64,000 nucleotides of DNA from an uncultured Gemmatimonadaceae bacterium (GCA_964577965.1 CAZOAT010000002.1:4698-68697), one strand, 5' to 3'; counted from the stretch's first letter, positions 27,644 to 38,023 are shown. Notes: generated by a model not told the origin, from the sequence alone. Made by a program: numbers and translations.

Positions 27644-28768
27644 ATGGCCAACCCCTTTCTGAGCTCTGAGGAGTACGATGACCGTGCACATCAGCTCTAT
27701 AACGAGGGGAGGTACGACGACGCGCTAGAGACCCTTCGCGAAGGTCTCGCGATCTATCCGACGTCCGTCGAACTGCACGTGGGAGTGGGCTACGCGTACC
27801 ACGCGCGCGAGGAGTATGCGTGGGCGCGGCGGAGCTTCGAGGAGGCGCTCATCCTCGACCCGGATCACGAGGACGCGCTGGCGGGACTGGGAGAAACGCT
27901 GCTCAAGTTCGGGCAGCCGGAAGCGGCGCTGCGCACGATGTACAAGACGCGCGAGCTCGGCTACGACGACGACGTCGAGCTCATGCTGCAGATCGGCCGC
28001 GCCCTGTTTCGCGAGGGCATCATGGAGCAGGCGAAGGAGTTCTTCGACGTCGCCGCGGCTCATGCGCCGGAACTGGCCGAGGCCGTCGCGTGCTCTGGAT
28101 ATGCGCAGCACAGGATGGGTGATGAGCGAGGTGCGGTGACCACTCTGCGGCGCGCGCTGAAGCTCGATCCCGACCACGTAGAGGCGCGCATCTACCTCGG
28201 CAACATCCTGTATGACAGGGGTGAGTACGAGGCTGCACTGTACCACCTCGACCGGACGACTCCCGAGGACCACTGGGACGAGCTTGGAATCTGGCGGCTC
28301 ATCGAGCTGAAGAAGACGATCTATCGCCTGCGCGATGGCGATCCTGAGCTGAAGCTTTGGGAGGACAGGATCGGCGATCTTGCGGGTGAGATAGACGACA
28401 TCGACGAGATGCTCGCCGAGATCGAGTCGCGGGCGGCTGACGCCGCGGAGACGCAGGCGCGCGGACAGCTCGAGCTGTTCGGTACGCTGCTCTCGAGCCT
28501 GGCCGGAAAGAAACAGGAGCCGGTTGCCGAAACGCGGGAGATGCACACCATCACCGTCGATGAGCGCAGCCAGTTCAACGGCACGTGGGAGGAGATACTG
28601 CGTCAGATGCAGCGCGCCCGCGGATCTTCGCAGCGGTCGCTGCAGGAGTTCATGGTGACGGAAGCCCGCCGCGCCTACTCGCTCACGGGGGTGCGGATCT
28701 CCACCTCCAGTGCGGAGCGTTTCATTCGCGACAGTGCGGACGCGGGGTTGCTCAGGATCCTGGAGTGA
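27644..28768 (+). CDS. TPR-repeat protein
   Basis: Repeated 34-residue A/Y/L patterns, for example YNEGRYDDALETLREGLAIYP and EEALILDPDHEDAL. Confidence 0.7.
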   Translation: MANPFLSSEEYDDRAHQLYNEGRYDDALETLREGLAIYPTSVELHVGVGYAYHAREEYAWARRSFEEALILDPDHEDALAGLGETLLKFGQPEAALRTMYKTRELGYDDDVELMLQIGRALFREGIMEQAKEFFDVAAAHAPELAEAVACSGYAQHRMGDERGAVTTLRRALKLDPDHVEARIYLGNILYDRGEYEAALYHLDRTTPEDHWDELGIWRLIELKKTIYRLRDGDPELKLWEDRIGDLAGEIDDIDEMLAEIESRAADAAETQARGQLELFGTLLSSLAGKKQEPVAETREMHTITVDERSQFNGTWEEILRQMQRARGSSQRSLQEFMVTEARRAYSLTGVRISTSSAERFIRDSADAGLLRILE

Positions 28769-29748
28769 GCGAGGCAACGCGGCAGATCGCGCTCGGCGCC
28801 CTTGGCAGCGCGCGGGCGGCTGTCGCGCGTGTGAGTCCTTCACGCCATCCGGAAGACGCTGCAGCGGATCTGATCGAGGCGTGGGGAAGCACCGAGACCG
28901 CGTTGCGCGCGCTGCTCAACGGCTCGCCTCTGTCGGGGCAGGACCTCGTGCGTGAAGTACGGAAGCGGGAGATGATCTCGCTCACGGTAACGCACTCACT
29001 CCTGGACTTTCACACGGTGCGTGAGCGGCTGAACGACACGTCGTACCGCCCACTGGCGGCGGACATGGAAACGGCGCGTGAAGCTGTCGGTCACCTCGAT
29101 GCAGCCCTCGGGGACGTCGCAACGGGAGCTGCCGCGGGAGCCGCGCAAACCTCGGACGCGGCTCAGGTCGGGGCACAGTCCGCTGCTCCGCCGGTCGCTC
29201 CGGCGGTTCCCGGGGTCGAGCCAACCCGTCGAACGGGATTCTGGTCGCAGATCCCGACGTGGGGCTGGATACTCGTCGCGGTCCTGGCGGTCGCGGTCGC
29301 CGGAGCCGCACTGTTTTTCACGGTGGGTGGCCGCGACGAGCTCACCGAGGGCCGCAATGCGCTTCGCGAGGGCCGGCGCGAGGCCGCCCGCGGAGAGTTC
29401 GAACGGGTTGCACGTCAGAATCCGCAATCCGCTGAGGCGCATCTCTTTCTCGCGAGAATGGCACGGGAAGAATCGGACTACGTGAGGGCCAGGCGACACG
29501 CCGAAGCGGCGATCCGGGCGGAACCGGAGAGCGGACTGGCCAACCGGGAAATGGGCACGATTCTGTACGCGCTTGGCAACTATGAACTGGCACGCCGGTT
29601 TCTGGAACGCGCGATCCGCTACAGCCCGGAGGACAGAACGGCGCAGGGGGTCATGGGCTGCACGCTGGCGCGGCTCGAGCAGCGCGAGCTCGCGCTGCGC
29701 TTCCTGAACAGGGCGGGACCGGGACCGTGGAGCGATTGCGCGAGATGA
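28765..29748 (+). CDS. Membrane-anchored TPR-repeat protein
   Basis: Trimmed to the GTG at 28765 (GTGA overlap). It has a central TM helix (WGWILVAVLAVAVAGAALFF) and C-terminal TPR repeats. Confidence 0.6.
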   Translation: MSEATRQIALGALGSARAAVARVSPSRHPEDAAADLIEAWGSTETALRALLNGSPLSGQDLVREVRKREMISLTVTHSLLDFHTVRERLNDTSYRPLAADMETAREAVGHLDAALGDVATGAAAGAAQTSDAAQVGAQSAAPPVAPAVPGVEPTRRTGFWSQIPTWGWILVAVLAVAVAGAALFFTVGGRDELTEGRNALREGRREAARGEFERVARQNPQSAEAHLFLARMAREESDYVRARRHAEAAIRAEPESGLANREMGTILYALGNYELARRFLERAIRYSPEDRTAQGVMGCTLARLEQRELALRFLNRAGPGPWSDCAR

Positions 29749-29833
29749 CGACGTAGCGAGTAGCCACCAGAACTGCCCGCCTGTCTTGCCGCTTCTCCTT
29801 TCCGCCAGGCGCCAGCCGCCAGTCGCCGCATCA

Positions 29834-32434
29834 ATGCGCCCGGAATCCGTCATCCGCACAACGCTCGCGAACGGCCTGACCGTTCTCGTCCACCACGACT
29901 CCGGCTCCGACGTCTCAGCGATCGTCACGTACGTCCGCGCGGGCTACTTCGACGAGCCAGACCACATCGTCGGGATATCGCACGTCGTCGAGCACATGTT
30001 TTTCAAGGGTACCCCGACGTACGGGGTCGGGGAGATAGCTCAGTCGACCAAGGCCGCAGGCGGTTACCTGAACGCGCACACGATCTACGATCACACCAGC
30101 TACTACACTGTTCTGCCGGCCGCCGCGTTCGCCAGAGGGCTGGAGATCCAGGCGGACGCGTACGCCAACTCGCTGATCGATCGGCAGGAGCTGGCGCGCG
30201 AGCTGGAGGTGATCATCCAGGAGGCGAAGCGGAAGGCTGACAACCCGTCCGCTGTCACGACCGAGACGCTGTATGAGCTGCTGCACGACCGGCATCGCAT
30301 CCGCCGCTGGCGGATCGGGCGGGAGGCTGGACTCCGCCAGCTGGATCGCGCCGACGTGCACGGTTTCTACCGGACGTTCTACCAGCCGTCGAATACAATC
30401 CTCGCGATCTCCGGGGGCGTAGAGCCGGACGTGGCGCTGAGAGAGGTCGAGCGGCTGTACGGAGGTCTGCCTGATGCGCCGGTGGAGCGCGCGCCCGGCC
30501 CGCGGGAGAATGGCTCGGGCGGATTCCGCTACCGCGAGCTATCGGGCGACGTTACGCAGACGCGCCTCGCCTTCGGCTGGCGCGCGCCGGGCATTCACGA
30601 TCCTGCCGGCCCCGTGCTCGATCTGGCGGCGACCGCGCTCGGGTCGGGCAGGGGATCGCGCCTTTACCGCGCTGTACGCGAACGACAGCTGGCCAGCTCT
30701 GTCACGTCGCACAACTACACGATGGCTGAGCTGGGCGTCTTCACGATACACCTGGAGATGGAACCCGCCACCACCATCGAAGCGGCACGTGCGGCATGGG
30801 GTGAAGTACTCCGGATGCGCAAGGATCCGCTCCCTGACCACGAGCTGGAGCGGGCACGGCGGTTGTACGAAGCGCGCTGGCTGAGAGGACTCGAGTCGAT
30901 GGAAGGGCGCGCGACGTTTCTCGCGTCCTGGGAAGCGCTGGGTGGATGGGAGATCGGTCCGGTGTATCTCGAAAGCGTTCGCGTTGCGACTGCAGCTGCT
31001 GTTCGCGATGCGATGCAGGCGCATCTGAAACCGGCCGACGCTTCGGTTCTGGCGTACAGGCCAGCGGCCGCCAGAGAGATCGCTCCGGACGCGGATGCAA
31101 TGCTGCGTGAGCTGGCGCACACTCCGTTTGCGGTGTCCGCGGCGGAGCGCCCGCGTGTTGCGCCGGTCCCCGCGCCGGCCCGGGTCGAGCTGGAACGGGA
31201 AACGGGTGGAGTTAGCGTGTATCGGACGGCGCGCGGTGTACCGATCCTCGTGCGCCGGCGCCGCGGGCTCGCCTTTGCGTATCTCGGCGCCTATGCCGGT
31301 GCCGGCGCGATGGCCGATCCCCGGGCTAGCGCTGGACTCACGCTTCTTCTCGCGCGGAGCGCAGTCAAGGGTACAGCCACGCGAACAGCCGGTGAGATTG
31401 CGGAGGCGGCGGAGTCACTTGGCGGGACGATCGTAGCGTCGCCGTCAGGGGATGCCTGCGGCTGGAGCCTGTCTGTTCCCGTTGCGGCTGCGGCGCGCGC
31501 GCTCGAGTTGCTCGCGGATGTCGTGCAGAGGGCACGGTTCGACCCGGCCGTACTGGAGACAGAGAGAGCGATCGCGCAGTCGGATCTGGCGTCGATGCGC
31601 GACGACATGTTCTCCTGGCCTCTCAGGCTGATGAACCAGGCCGCGTTCGGGGCGCATGCGTATGCCACACCCACGGCGGGGACGGAGGAGGGTCTGCGGT
31701 CGGTGACGGCGGGCGACCTCCGGAGTGCGCATCAGGACCGTTTCGGGCGCGGTTCTGCCGTCATCGCGGTCGTGGCTGACGCCGATTCGAACGATCTCGC
31801 CCAGCTCGCAGCAGCAGCCTTTGGCGAGCTCGCCGTGGGTGAGGTCGCCATGGCTGCCCCTCCGGAGTGGCTTGTGGGTGGATCACGGGAGGAATCACGC
31901 GATAAAGCGCAGACGGCCATCGCGCTGGGCTTCCCCGCACCTGCCCGGCGCGACCCGGACCGATTCGCGATGGAGCTCGTGACGAAGGTCGCGAGCGGGC
32001 TCGGTGGCCGGTTCTTCGAGGAGCTGCGGGACAGGCGCTCGCTCGCGTACACAGTTCACGCCTTCTCCTCCGCACGTCCATTGGCGGGGGTGTTCGCGAC
32101 CTACATGGCCACCTCTCCCGAACAGGAGGAAGCCGCGCGCGACGGGATTGTCGCAGAAGTGCTGCGTCTTCGTGATCAGCCCCCGACAGGGGACGAACTG
32201 GAGCGCGCCCGGGAGTACGCAATCGGGACGGAAGTCATCCTGCGTGAAAGCGGTGCGTCATTGCTCTCGGAAATGATCGAGGCGTGGCTTTTCGGGGATC
32301 TCGAGGAACTGGATGCGTACGAGTCGGCGATGCGGGCACTGACGGCCGACGATCTCGAGCGGGTGATCCGCGCTTATCTCGATCCTGCGAGGCTGGTCAC
32401 GGGTTTGGTGCGCGGTCGGGGACGCGAGGTGTAG
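29834..32434 (+). CDS. M16-family (insulinase-like) zinc peptidase, fused two-lobe form
   Basis: HxxEH motif HVVEH near the N-terminus. A second, inactive-type M16 half follows. Start set at the ATG at 29834; the ORF track begins at a TTG at 29786. Confidence 0.8.
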   Translation: MRPESVIRTTLANGLTVLVHHDSGSDVSAIVTYVRAGYFDEPDHIVGISHVVEHMFFKGTPTYGVGEIAQSTKAAGGYLNAHTIYDHTSYYTVLPAAAFARGLEIQADAYANSLIDRQELARELEVIIQEAKRKADNPSAVTTETLYELLHDRHRIRRWRIGREAGLRQLDRADVHGFYRTFYQPSNTILAISGGVEPDVALREVERLYGGLPDAPVERAPGPRENGSGGFRYRELSGDVTQTRLAFGWRAPGIHDPAGPVLDLAATALGSGRGSRLYRAVRERQLASSVTSHNYTMAELGVFTIHLEMEPATTIEAARAAWGEVLRMRKDPLPDHELERARRLYEARWLRGLESMEGRATFLASWEALGGWEIGPVYLESVRVATAAAVRDAMQAHLKPADASVLAYRPAAAREIAPDADAMLRELAHTPFAVSAAERPRVAPVPAPARVELERETGGVSVYRTARGVPILVRRRRGLAFAYLGAYAGAGAMADPRASAGLTLLLARSAVKGTATRTAGEIAEAAESLGGTIVASPSGDACGWSLSVPVAAAARALELLADVVQRARFDPAVLETERAIAQSDLASMRDDMFSWPLRLMNQAAFGAHAYATPTAGTEEGLRSVTAGDLRSAHQDRFGRGSAVIAVVADADSNDLAQLAAAAFGELAVGEVAMAAPPEWLVGGSREESRDKAQTAIALGFPAPARRDPDRFAMELVTKVASGLGGRFFEELRDRRSLAYTVHAFSSARPLAGVFATYMATSPEQEEAARDGIVAEVLRLRDQPPTGDELERAREYAIGTEVILRESGASLLSEMIEAWLFGDLEELDAYESAMRALTADDLERVIRAYLDPARLVTGLVRGRGREV

Positions 32435-32438
32435 CTCA

Positions 32439-33968
32439 CTATTGCGCTGCCTCCTGCAGCGCCGATTTTGCCCGCTGCAGTGCTGCTGCCGCAGGCCGCA
32501 ACCGCCGGTCCGGCGCGCGCAGGCCGCGAATGGCGTCGTAATCGCCCGCCTCATACACGATGAGCCCCTTGATCGCGGGTTGTGTGGTGGCCCATGCCGC
32601 GGTGCCCCAGATCGCGAGCTCCTGACTCTCCTCCCCATGCACTCCGGGGAACCCGCCGGCAGCGAACACCCAGTGGTTCTTCTGCCTGTCCCCACCCTGG
32701 CGCAGCCATCGTTGCGCGATGCGGATACGCGTGTCGAGTGTCGCCGCGCCGTCGAATCCGGGGAAGAGCATGAAGCCGAGCACGTCTATCGGTGAGCCCG
32801 GTGCGGCTGCCCATGCGTAAAGCGTGCTGTCGCGCGAGCCGAAACTCGACGCAGCCACAGCCACACGCGTGGCCGGTCTTACCCGGTGGATCGCCGCTGA
32901 AGTCTGCGTCAGGTACTCGATCCAGAATTCGGGCGGCTGCAGCCCGACCTCGGAAACCCCCTGCCCGTACGGCTCGAGTGCTGGCAGTACGATCGTAGGG
33001 CGCAGCCAGCGGGTCAGCTGATCGACGTCCCGCACCCGCGCGCGTATGTATGCATCCGGCGATCGTGCGATCTGTCTGCGTGCGTTGCGAGGGTAGGTGA
33101 GCGTGACGATCAGGACAGTGGTGTCCGTGCGGAGCTCGTCAAGTGCGCGCACGAGCGAGTCCATGGCGACCGCCTGAATTCCGTCGGGGCGGACGATGAC
33201 ACTGATTGCGTCAGTCTCGAGAAGCCGAAGGAGTCCCGTGTCGCTGTTCATCGCATGCGCGGGGGGAGCGGCTGTCACTGTCGGGAGAATCTTCACACCG
33301 AGTGCGAAATCGCCGTCCGGCCGCTCCTGCAGCTGCTGTGTCGCGTACCGACTGTAGCTGCGGACTGCGGCGGCCCCATCCGGCACCTCGATCAGGACGA
33401 GTCCAGTCACCACCATCGCGATGGTGCCGAGCCCGACACGCCCGAGCGCGGTGATGCGCCAGTGGGCGGGAAGCGCCGGCGCGAGCAGCGGGATCTGCAG
33501 GTATGTCTTCCACAAAGCAGCCGGGCCGAAGATGGTCCCCAGCGCGTTTGCCTGCGCTGCGGCAAGCGCCAGAACGGCCGTGGGCGGCGTGCCGCCCCGC
33601 AGAGTCATGTATTTGGATATCGCCACCGCGGCGATCACGATGTTGTACAGCACGATCGGCACGCCGAACAGGGGAGTCACCAGACGCCTGCTGGTGGCAT
33701 ACAGCGCCTGCAGAACGAACAGGATGGTCGTGAACGGCCACACCCAGGCAACCGGCTGCAGGGCGCGCCCGTACAGGGTCGACGAAGCCGCGACGGCGAT
33801 GATGGCCGCGGGCGCGACCAGGAGCCCCGCCAGAGCGCTGACCGTGGCGAAACGCCGCGGCGCGAGCCGGTAGCGCGTGATGCGTCCGGCGAGCAGTACG
33901 TTCCACGCCAGCATCAGCGCTGAAATGAGAACGTACAAGTGGACGAGTGACGGTATCCGTGCGAGCAC
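32439..33968 (-). CDS. Polytopic membrane protein with large C-terminal soluble domain, unknown function
   Basis: About 6 N-terminal hydrophobic helices, then an alpha/beta-looking domain of about 300 aa. The codon pattern is consistent with coding. No family recognised. Confidence 0.55.
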   Translation of the reverse strand: MLARIPSLVHLYVLISALMLAWNVLLAGRITRYRLAPRRFATVSALAGLLVAPAAIIAVAASSTLYGRALQPVAWVWPFTTILFVLQALYATSRRLVTPLFGVPIVLYNIVIAAVAISKYMTLRGGTPPTAVLALAAAQANALGTIFGPAALWKTYLQIPLLAPALPAHWRITALGRVGLGTIAMVVTGLVLIEVPDGAAAVRSYSRYATQQLQERPDGDFALGVKILPTVTAAPPAHAMNSDTGLLRLLETDAISVIVRPDGIQAVAMDSLVRALDELRTDTTVLIVTLTYPRNARRQIARSPDAYIRARVRDVDQLTRWLRPTIVLPALEPYGQGVSEVGLQPPEFWIEYLTQTSAAIHRVRPATRVAVAASSFGSRDSTLYAWAAAPGSPIDVLGFMLFPGFDGAATLDTRIRIAQRWLRQGGDRQKNHWVFAAGGFPGVHGEESQELAIWGTAAWATTQPAIKGLIVYEAGDYDAIRGLRAPDRRLRPAAAALQRAKSALQEAAQ

Positions 33969-34075
33969 GTTCAGAAGTGTAGAAGCGCGCGACCAACGGG
34001 AGCAGGTGCGGCGCGCAAGCTAGATGCCGCCGGGGTGAGTGGCAACAACATAGGGCGGGACATAGCTTACGCACG

Positions 34076-34600
34076 ATGAAGAGCGGCGCGCTGCTCACGC
34101 TTCCCAACACGGTCTCGCTGTCCCGTTTGGTGCTCGCCGCCGCGTTCATCATCGCTGGCGGGGCATGGCAGCGCGTGCTGCTGATAGCGGCCGCAGGGGC
34201 CACCGATTTTCTCGATGGCTGGATCGCCCGGCGGCAGCGGATCGAGTCTCGTATGGGCGCTCTGCTCGATCCGATTGCTGATCGTGCATTTGTCCTGACC
34301 GCGGTATCGGTGTACCTGTTCGAATCGCTGATCACGACCACCGAGTTCTTCGTCATCCTGGCGCGTGATCTTGCCACGGCGGTCGGGTTTATCGTCGCGA
34401 AGCTGGTGCCCCGGCTGCGGCCAGCAGTATTCGAAGCGCGTCTCCTCGGCAAGTCGGTCACCGTACTGCAACTCGCCTTCCTGATCATCGTGCTGGTGAT
34501 CCCGGCGCTGAGCGATGCGCTGGTGCTCGCGATCGGTGTCCTGTCAGCAGCGTCGATCGTGGACTACACGCTCGCGCTCTGGCGCGCTCGCGCGCGCTGA
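34076..34600 (+). CDS. CDP-alcohol phosphatidyltransferase family protein
   Basis: The complete signature D-x2-DG-x2-AR-x8-G-x3-D-x3-D is present in DFLDGWIARRQRIESRMGALLDPIAD. Confidence 0.85.
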   Translation: MKSGALLTLPNTVSLSRLVLAAAFIIAGGAWQRVLLIAAAGATDFLDGWIARRQRIESRMGALLDPIADRAFVLTAVSVYLFESLITTTEFFVILARDLATAVGFIVAKLVPRLRPAVFEARLLGKSVTVLQLAFLIIVLVIPALSDALVLAIGVLSAASIVDYTLALWRARAR

Positions 34601-34605
34601 GGCTG

Positions 34606-35097
34606 GTGGCTCCCCGGCGGCGCTGGACCTGCGCGTACACCCTCGCAGCGTCGTTTCTCCTGCTGTGCGGCCCGGCCGATGCAATGGCCCAGACGAGCGA
34701 CCGCCCGTTTGTCGTGGAGCTGCGGCTGGATGGTCTCGGAGGTGGACGCGACTCACCTGCAGCGGTGCACGCGGGTGTCGGCGTCGCGCGGCGGCTCGGC
34801 ACGTACGCCCAGCTGGCGCTGATCGGCGGGTTGGGTCCGTCAGAGGACGGTATGAGCGGGCGACTGGAGACGGCCGCGCGCTTCCATCTCGATCCCTTTC
34901 GCCAGCGTCGCTGGGGAGCATACGGCGGTGCCGGCGCCGGGGTTCACTGGGCCGACTCGAACGAGCCCTTCCTGCTGGTTCTGCTGGGCGTGGAAGGCCC
35001 GCCCCGACGTGGCTGGGCACCTGCGATCGAGCTGGGGCTCTCCCGGGGAGTGCGACTTGGCGTGGCCGTACGTCGTGGAGCGTCAGACCGCCGCTGA
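34606..35097 (+). CDS. Secreted Gly/Ala-rich hypothetical protein (possible small beta-barrel)
   Basis: Signal-peptide-like N-terminus ending ADAMAQ, then alternating hydrophobic/Gly pattern. It starts 5 nt after the upstream gene. Confidence 0.45.
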   Translation: MAPRRRWTCAYTLAASFLLLCGPADAMAQTSDRPFVVELRLDGLGGGRDSPAAVHAGVGVARRLGTYAQLALIGGLGPSEDGMSGRLETAARFHLDPFRQRRWGAYGGAGAGVHWADSNEPFLLVLLGVEGPPRRGWAPAIELGLSRGVRLGVAVRRGASDRR

Positions 35098-35110
35098 GCT
35101 GAAAACGCGA

Positions 35111-35141
35111 ACGCCCTCGCTTTTCAGTCAGGCGAGGGCGT
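35111..35141. terminator. Hairpin between convergent genes (possible bidirectional terminator)
   Basis: Perfect 10-bp stem ACGCCCTCGC / GCGAGGGCGT with an 11-nt loop. A T-run follows on the minus-strand reading (TCGCGTTTTC). It lies between the stops at 35097 and 35169. Confidence 0.4.
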
Positions 35142-35168
35142 CGTCCAGTCGGGGTCCGACGAACGGAT

Positions 35169-35426
35169 CTAGGCCGTCGCGGTCTGGCCCACTTTGGGTG
35201 GCCGCACAAAGCGCTCCCCAACGGTGCGGAGCTCGTCCAGCTGCTTATCGTCCAGCTCAGGGTACCGGTCGGCCAGATAGCGCATCGTGTCCTCGAACCA
35301 CTCGTCATGATGCGCGGGGTCGCTCTCGGTGACTCCGCAATGAATCACGTGATAAAACATCTCATCACGCGCCTGCTCGAACGCCGTCGGCGTCACGCTC
35401 GGGCGCGGTTTGCTCCTTCTGCTCAT
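35169..35426 (-). CDS. Hypothetical protein (85 aa)
   Basis: ORF 35169..35486 trimmed to the ATG at 35426, which is preceded by GAGGGG. No family recognised. Confidence 0.45.
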   Translation of the reverse strand: MSRRSKPRPSVTPTAFEQARDEMFYHVIHCGVTESDPAHHDEWFEDTMRYLADRYPELDDKQLDELRTVGERFVRPPKVGQTATA

Positions 35427-35482
35427 TACCCCTCGGTTCTCAGTGAAGTGGCCATACCACTTAAAGATAGCAAGGAGCGGGC

Positions 35483-36325
35483 TCAAACGCGCTCTCTTGA
35501 TCGTGCAAAAGTGAGAACTGATTCACATAGCTGTGCAGGGCTCTCTTCAGGTACGAGCCGGCCAGAGCCATGCATCCGCAGGAGCCGCGCTGAAGGCATG
35601 ATGTTCACCAGTCGCTCTGGCAGTTTCGGACTGATCGCGCGGTCCTGATCTGCCCAGATGACGAGTGTCGGTGCCTGCACCGCCTGCAGCTCCTCCTCGG
35701 TCAGGTCGTCCTCTCGCACGGACCGGCCGAGGCGCAGCAGGTGGTTCGGTCCGTCCTGACCGGCGAAGGGCGCAATGTACCGGGCGATCAGCTCTGATGG
35801 CATGTGCTTCGGGTCAGCAACGCCTTCCTCCAGGATCCGACGCAGCAGCGGAGCAGCTCCCAGCACACCGCGGGTCAGGCGGAACGCGAATCGGGCGGTG
35901 CTTCGCTGCATCGTCTCAATGTCACGAGCCGGAAGCTCATCCAGCACCGGAGGGTTGATGACCACGAGTCGCTCGACTCGTTCCCTGCGCGTCGCGGCCA
36001 GCCGCAGGGCGATCGTACCTCCCAGGTCCACACCGACGAGCACGCCACGTGACACGCGGAGCGCAGTCATCGCCGAATCCACATACTCGGCCTGGGCGGC
36101 GACACCGAAATCTGAGTCGAACGGGCGATCAGATTCGCCGTAGCCGAAAAGGTCGAGTGCGAAGGCTGTGTGTCCCGCCTCGGCGAGCTCAGGCGCTACA
36201 TGACGCCAGAGAAAAGAGGAAGTCGCGAAGCCGTGGAGGAGCACGAAGGCGGTGCCGCCGTGGCCGTACCGCTCCACGTGCATTGAGCCTGGCCCTACCG
36301 GAATACGGAGATGATCAGCTTGCAC
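35483..36325 (-). CDS. Alpha/beta hydrolase
   Basis: [10 protein letters not shown] oxyanion region and a nucleophile-elbow-like VGVDLGG. Typical length of 280 aa. Confidence 0.75.
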   Translation of the reverse strand: MQADHLRIPVGPGSMHVERYGHGGTAFVLLHGFATSSFLWRHVAPELAEAGHTAFALDLFGYGESDRPFDSDFGVAAQAEYVDSAMTALRVSRGVLVGVDLGGTIALRLAATRRERVERLVVINPPVLDELPARDIETMQRSTARFAFRLTRGVLGAAPLLRRILEEGVADPKHMPSELIARYIAPFAGQDGPNHLLRLGRSVREDDLTEEELQAVQAPTLVIWADQDRAISPKLPERLVNIMPSARLLRMHGSGRLVPEESPAQLCESVLTFARSRERV

Positions 36326-36382
36326 GTGAGTTTGAACGGTTCATAGCTTTGTCGGTACACACTCCCGCAAAGTCGAGCTTAC

Positions 36383-37129
36383 ATGGCAGCCAATCCCTCA
36401 GGCGGGCGCCGATCCAGGCGCGCCCGTCCTGCATCAACCCGGCCAAACTCGTTCTACCTGATCCTCGGCGCAATTGCGCTGGTCGGAGTAGCCGGTCTGG
36501 CGTACGTGGCGCTTCGGCCCGAGGCAGCCCTCGCCCCTCCGCGGGAGCTCCCGGCTGATCTCGCCGAACTCGGACCGGCGCAACCCTACGTCAAGGGCGA
36601 CACGAACGCGCCTGTACAGATCCACGAATTCGCCGATTTCGAGTGTCCAGCCTGCGCCCGTTTCGCAGTGATTACCGAGCCGGATGTGCGAACCCGAATA
36701 ATAGACGCGGGTCGCGCGAGCCTGAGCTACTACGACCTGCCGCTCCCGCAACACCTGCACAGCTATCCAGCCTCGCATGCCGCGGCGTGTGCGGACGAAC
36801 AGGGGCGCTTCTGGGAGATGCACGACAAGATCTACGAGGCACAGGACGCATGGCGTACGGGCCGTACCAACAATCCGCGCGGCGTCTTCCGCGACCTGGC
36901 TCGCTCCATCGGGCTAAATCTCAATCAGTGGGAAGAGTGCTACGACTCCCAGAAGTACCAGAGGCGTATCGACGCGAATCACGCCGAAGCGATTCGCCGG
37001 CAGATCAGCTCCACGCCCAGCTTCATCGTGAACGGCCGTGTGCTCCCTGGTGCTGTGAGCTTCGATGAGCTGAACAGGGCGGTGACTGAGGCGGCTGAGG
37101 CTCGGCAGTCAGGCGATACCGCGAGGTGA
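36383..37129 (+). CDS. DsbA-family thiol:disulfide oxidoreductase
   Basis: N-terminal TM anchor and thioredoxin-fold active site FECPAC. Confidence 0.8.
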   Translation: MAANPSGGRRSRRARPASTRPNSFYLILGAIALVGVAGLAYVALRPEAALAPPRELPADLAELGPAQPYVKGDTNAPVQIHEFADFECPACARFAVITEPDVRTRIIDAGRASLSYYDLPLPQHLHSYPASHAAACADEQGRFWEMHDKIYEAQDAWRTGRTNNPRGVFRDLARSIGLNLNQWEECYDSQKYQRRIDANHAEAIRRQISSTPSFIVNGRVLPGAVSFDELNRAVTEAAEARQSGDTAR

Positions 37130-37569
37130 ACAAGCGGAGGACGATAGCGGCCCTCGCCCTGGCGGGGATTTTCGTCGCGCTCTACCTCACGCTGACCCGG
37201 CTTGGTGTCATCGGCGGCGGTGCACTCGTGTGCACAGTAGGCTCATGCGACATTGTGAACGCAAGCCGTTGGGCGACCTTTCTCGGACTGCCGGTGGCAG
37301 TGTGGGGTCTCGGGTACTACGTGGTGACCTTCGGTACGGCGATCGTCTCGCTCCAGGAGCGGTTCGCCAACTCGATGCAGCTCTCGCGCGCACTGCTCTT
37401 CCTCGGCGCGACGGGGTTTCTCTTCTCCGCGTGGCTCACATATCTCGAGCTGTTCGTGATCCGCGCGATCTGCCAGTGGTGTGTGGTGTCGGCGGTGCTC
37501 GCGACGGGGATCTTTGTGGCGAGCCTGCTGGATTACAGAGAACTGCAGCAACCAGCGATGAGCGATTAG
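37126..37569 (+). CDS. Vitamin K epoxide reductase (VKOR) family protein
   Basis: Four TM helices, a loop Cys pair (CTVGSC) and active site CQWC. 4-nt overlap with the DsbA-family gene. Confidence 0.8.
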   Translation: MNKRRTIAALALAGIFVALYLTLTRLGVIGGGALVCTVGSCDIVNASRWATFLGLPVAVWGLGYYVVTFGTAIVSLQERFANSMQLSRALLFLGATGFLFSAWLTYLELFVIRAICQWCVVSAVLATGIFVASLLDYRELQQPAMSD

Positions 37570-37616
37570 CGGAAAGGACTGCGGTTCCGCATTTCGCCAA
37601 CAGGTCAGCTGCTGAG

Positions 37617-37634
37617 AGCTGCCAGCTGGCAGCT
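37617..37634. repeat. 18-nt perfect palindrome AGCTGCCAGCTGGCAGCT in a convergent intergenic gap
   Basis: Read directly from the sequence. It is preceded by a GCGGAA/TTCCGC hairpin at 37569-37590. Function unknown (terminator or protein-binding site). Confidence 0.5.
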
Positions 37635-37645
37635 AACTCTGGCAG

Positions 37646-38023
37646 TTAGCCCCTGTGGTAGCTCCTCTGCCGTGCCGCCGCATCTTCCAGTCGAAGTTTC
37701 GGCTTGACCTCCTGATCCTCGTACCCTTCCGCCCGCGCACGACGCCGGAATGGCACGAGATCACGGCCCAGCTGCACCAGCGCACGCGTGGCGACCGTAC
37801 CCGCCAGCGGCTCCGGGATCCCCATCACCCTGATGTACGCGTCGATGGCGCGGTCGAACGACATGTCTTCCGCCAGCGTGTCCACGAACATCAGCGCGTT
37901 GTCCACGTGCGCCCGAATGATCGTCTCCTCCGCACGTGCATGGGACAGCTTCAGCCGCCGCTCGGCATTCGGATTGAGCTTGCGTCCGAATATGGATTCT
38001 GGGAACAGACGACTCAGGAACAT
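37646..38023 (-). CDS. Hypothetical protein (125 aa)
   Basis: The ORF has coding-like composition and lies 53 nt downstream of acs on the same strand. No family recognised. Confidence 0.45.
   Translation of the reverse strand: MFLSRLFPESIFGRKLNPNAERRLKLSHARAEETIIRAHVDNALMFVDTLAEDMSFDRAIDAYIRVMGIPEPLAGTVATRALVQLGRDLVPFRRRARAEGYEDQEVKPKLRLEDAAARQRSYHRG

Noticed and set aside
27725-29928. Minus-strand ORFs of 372 aa and 310 aa opposite the two TPR genes.
   Set aside because: They are shadow ORFs. The plus-strand products show regular TPR periodicity and GTGA coupling.
33211-34488. A 425-aa minus-strand ORF spanning the membrane-protein gene and the divergent promoter region.
   Set aside because: It is in an alternative frame of the 32439-33968 gene and runs antisense through the CDP-alcohol phosphatidyltransferase gene, which carries a perfect family signature. 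Its product is Arg/Ala/Ser-rich.
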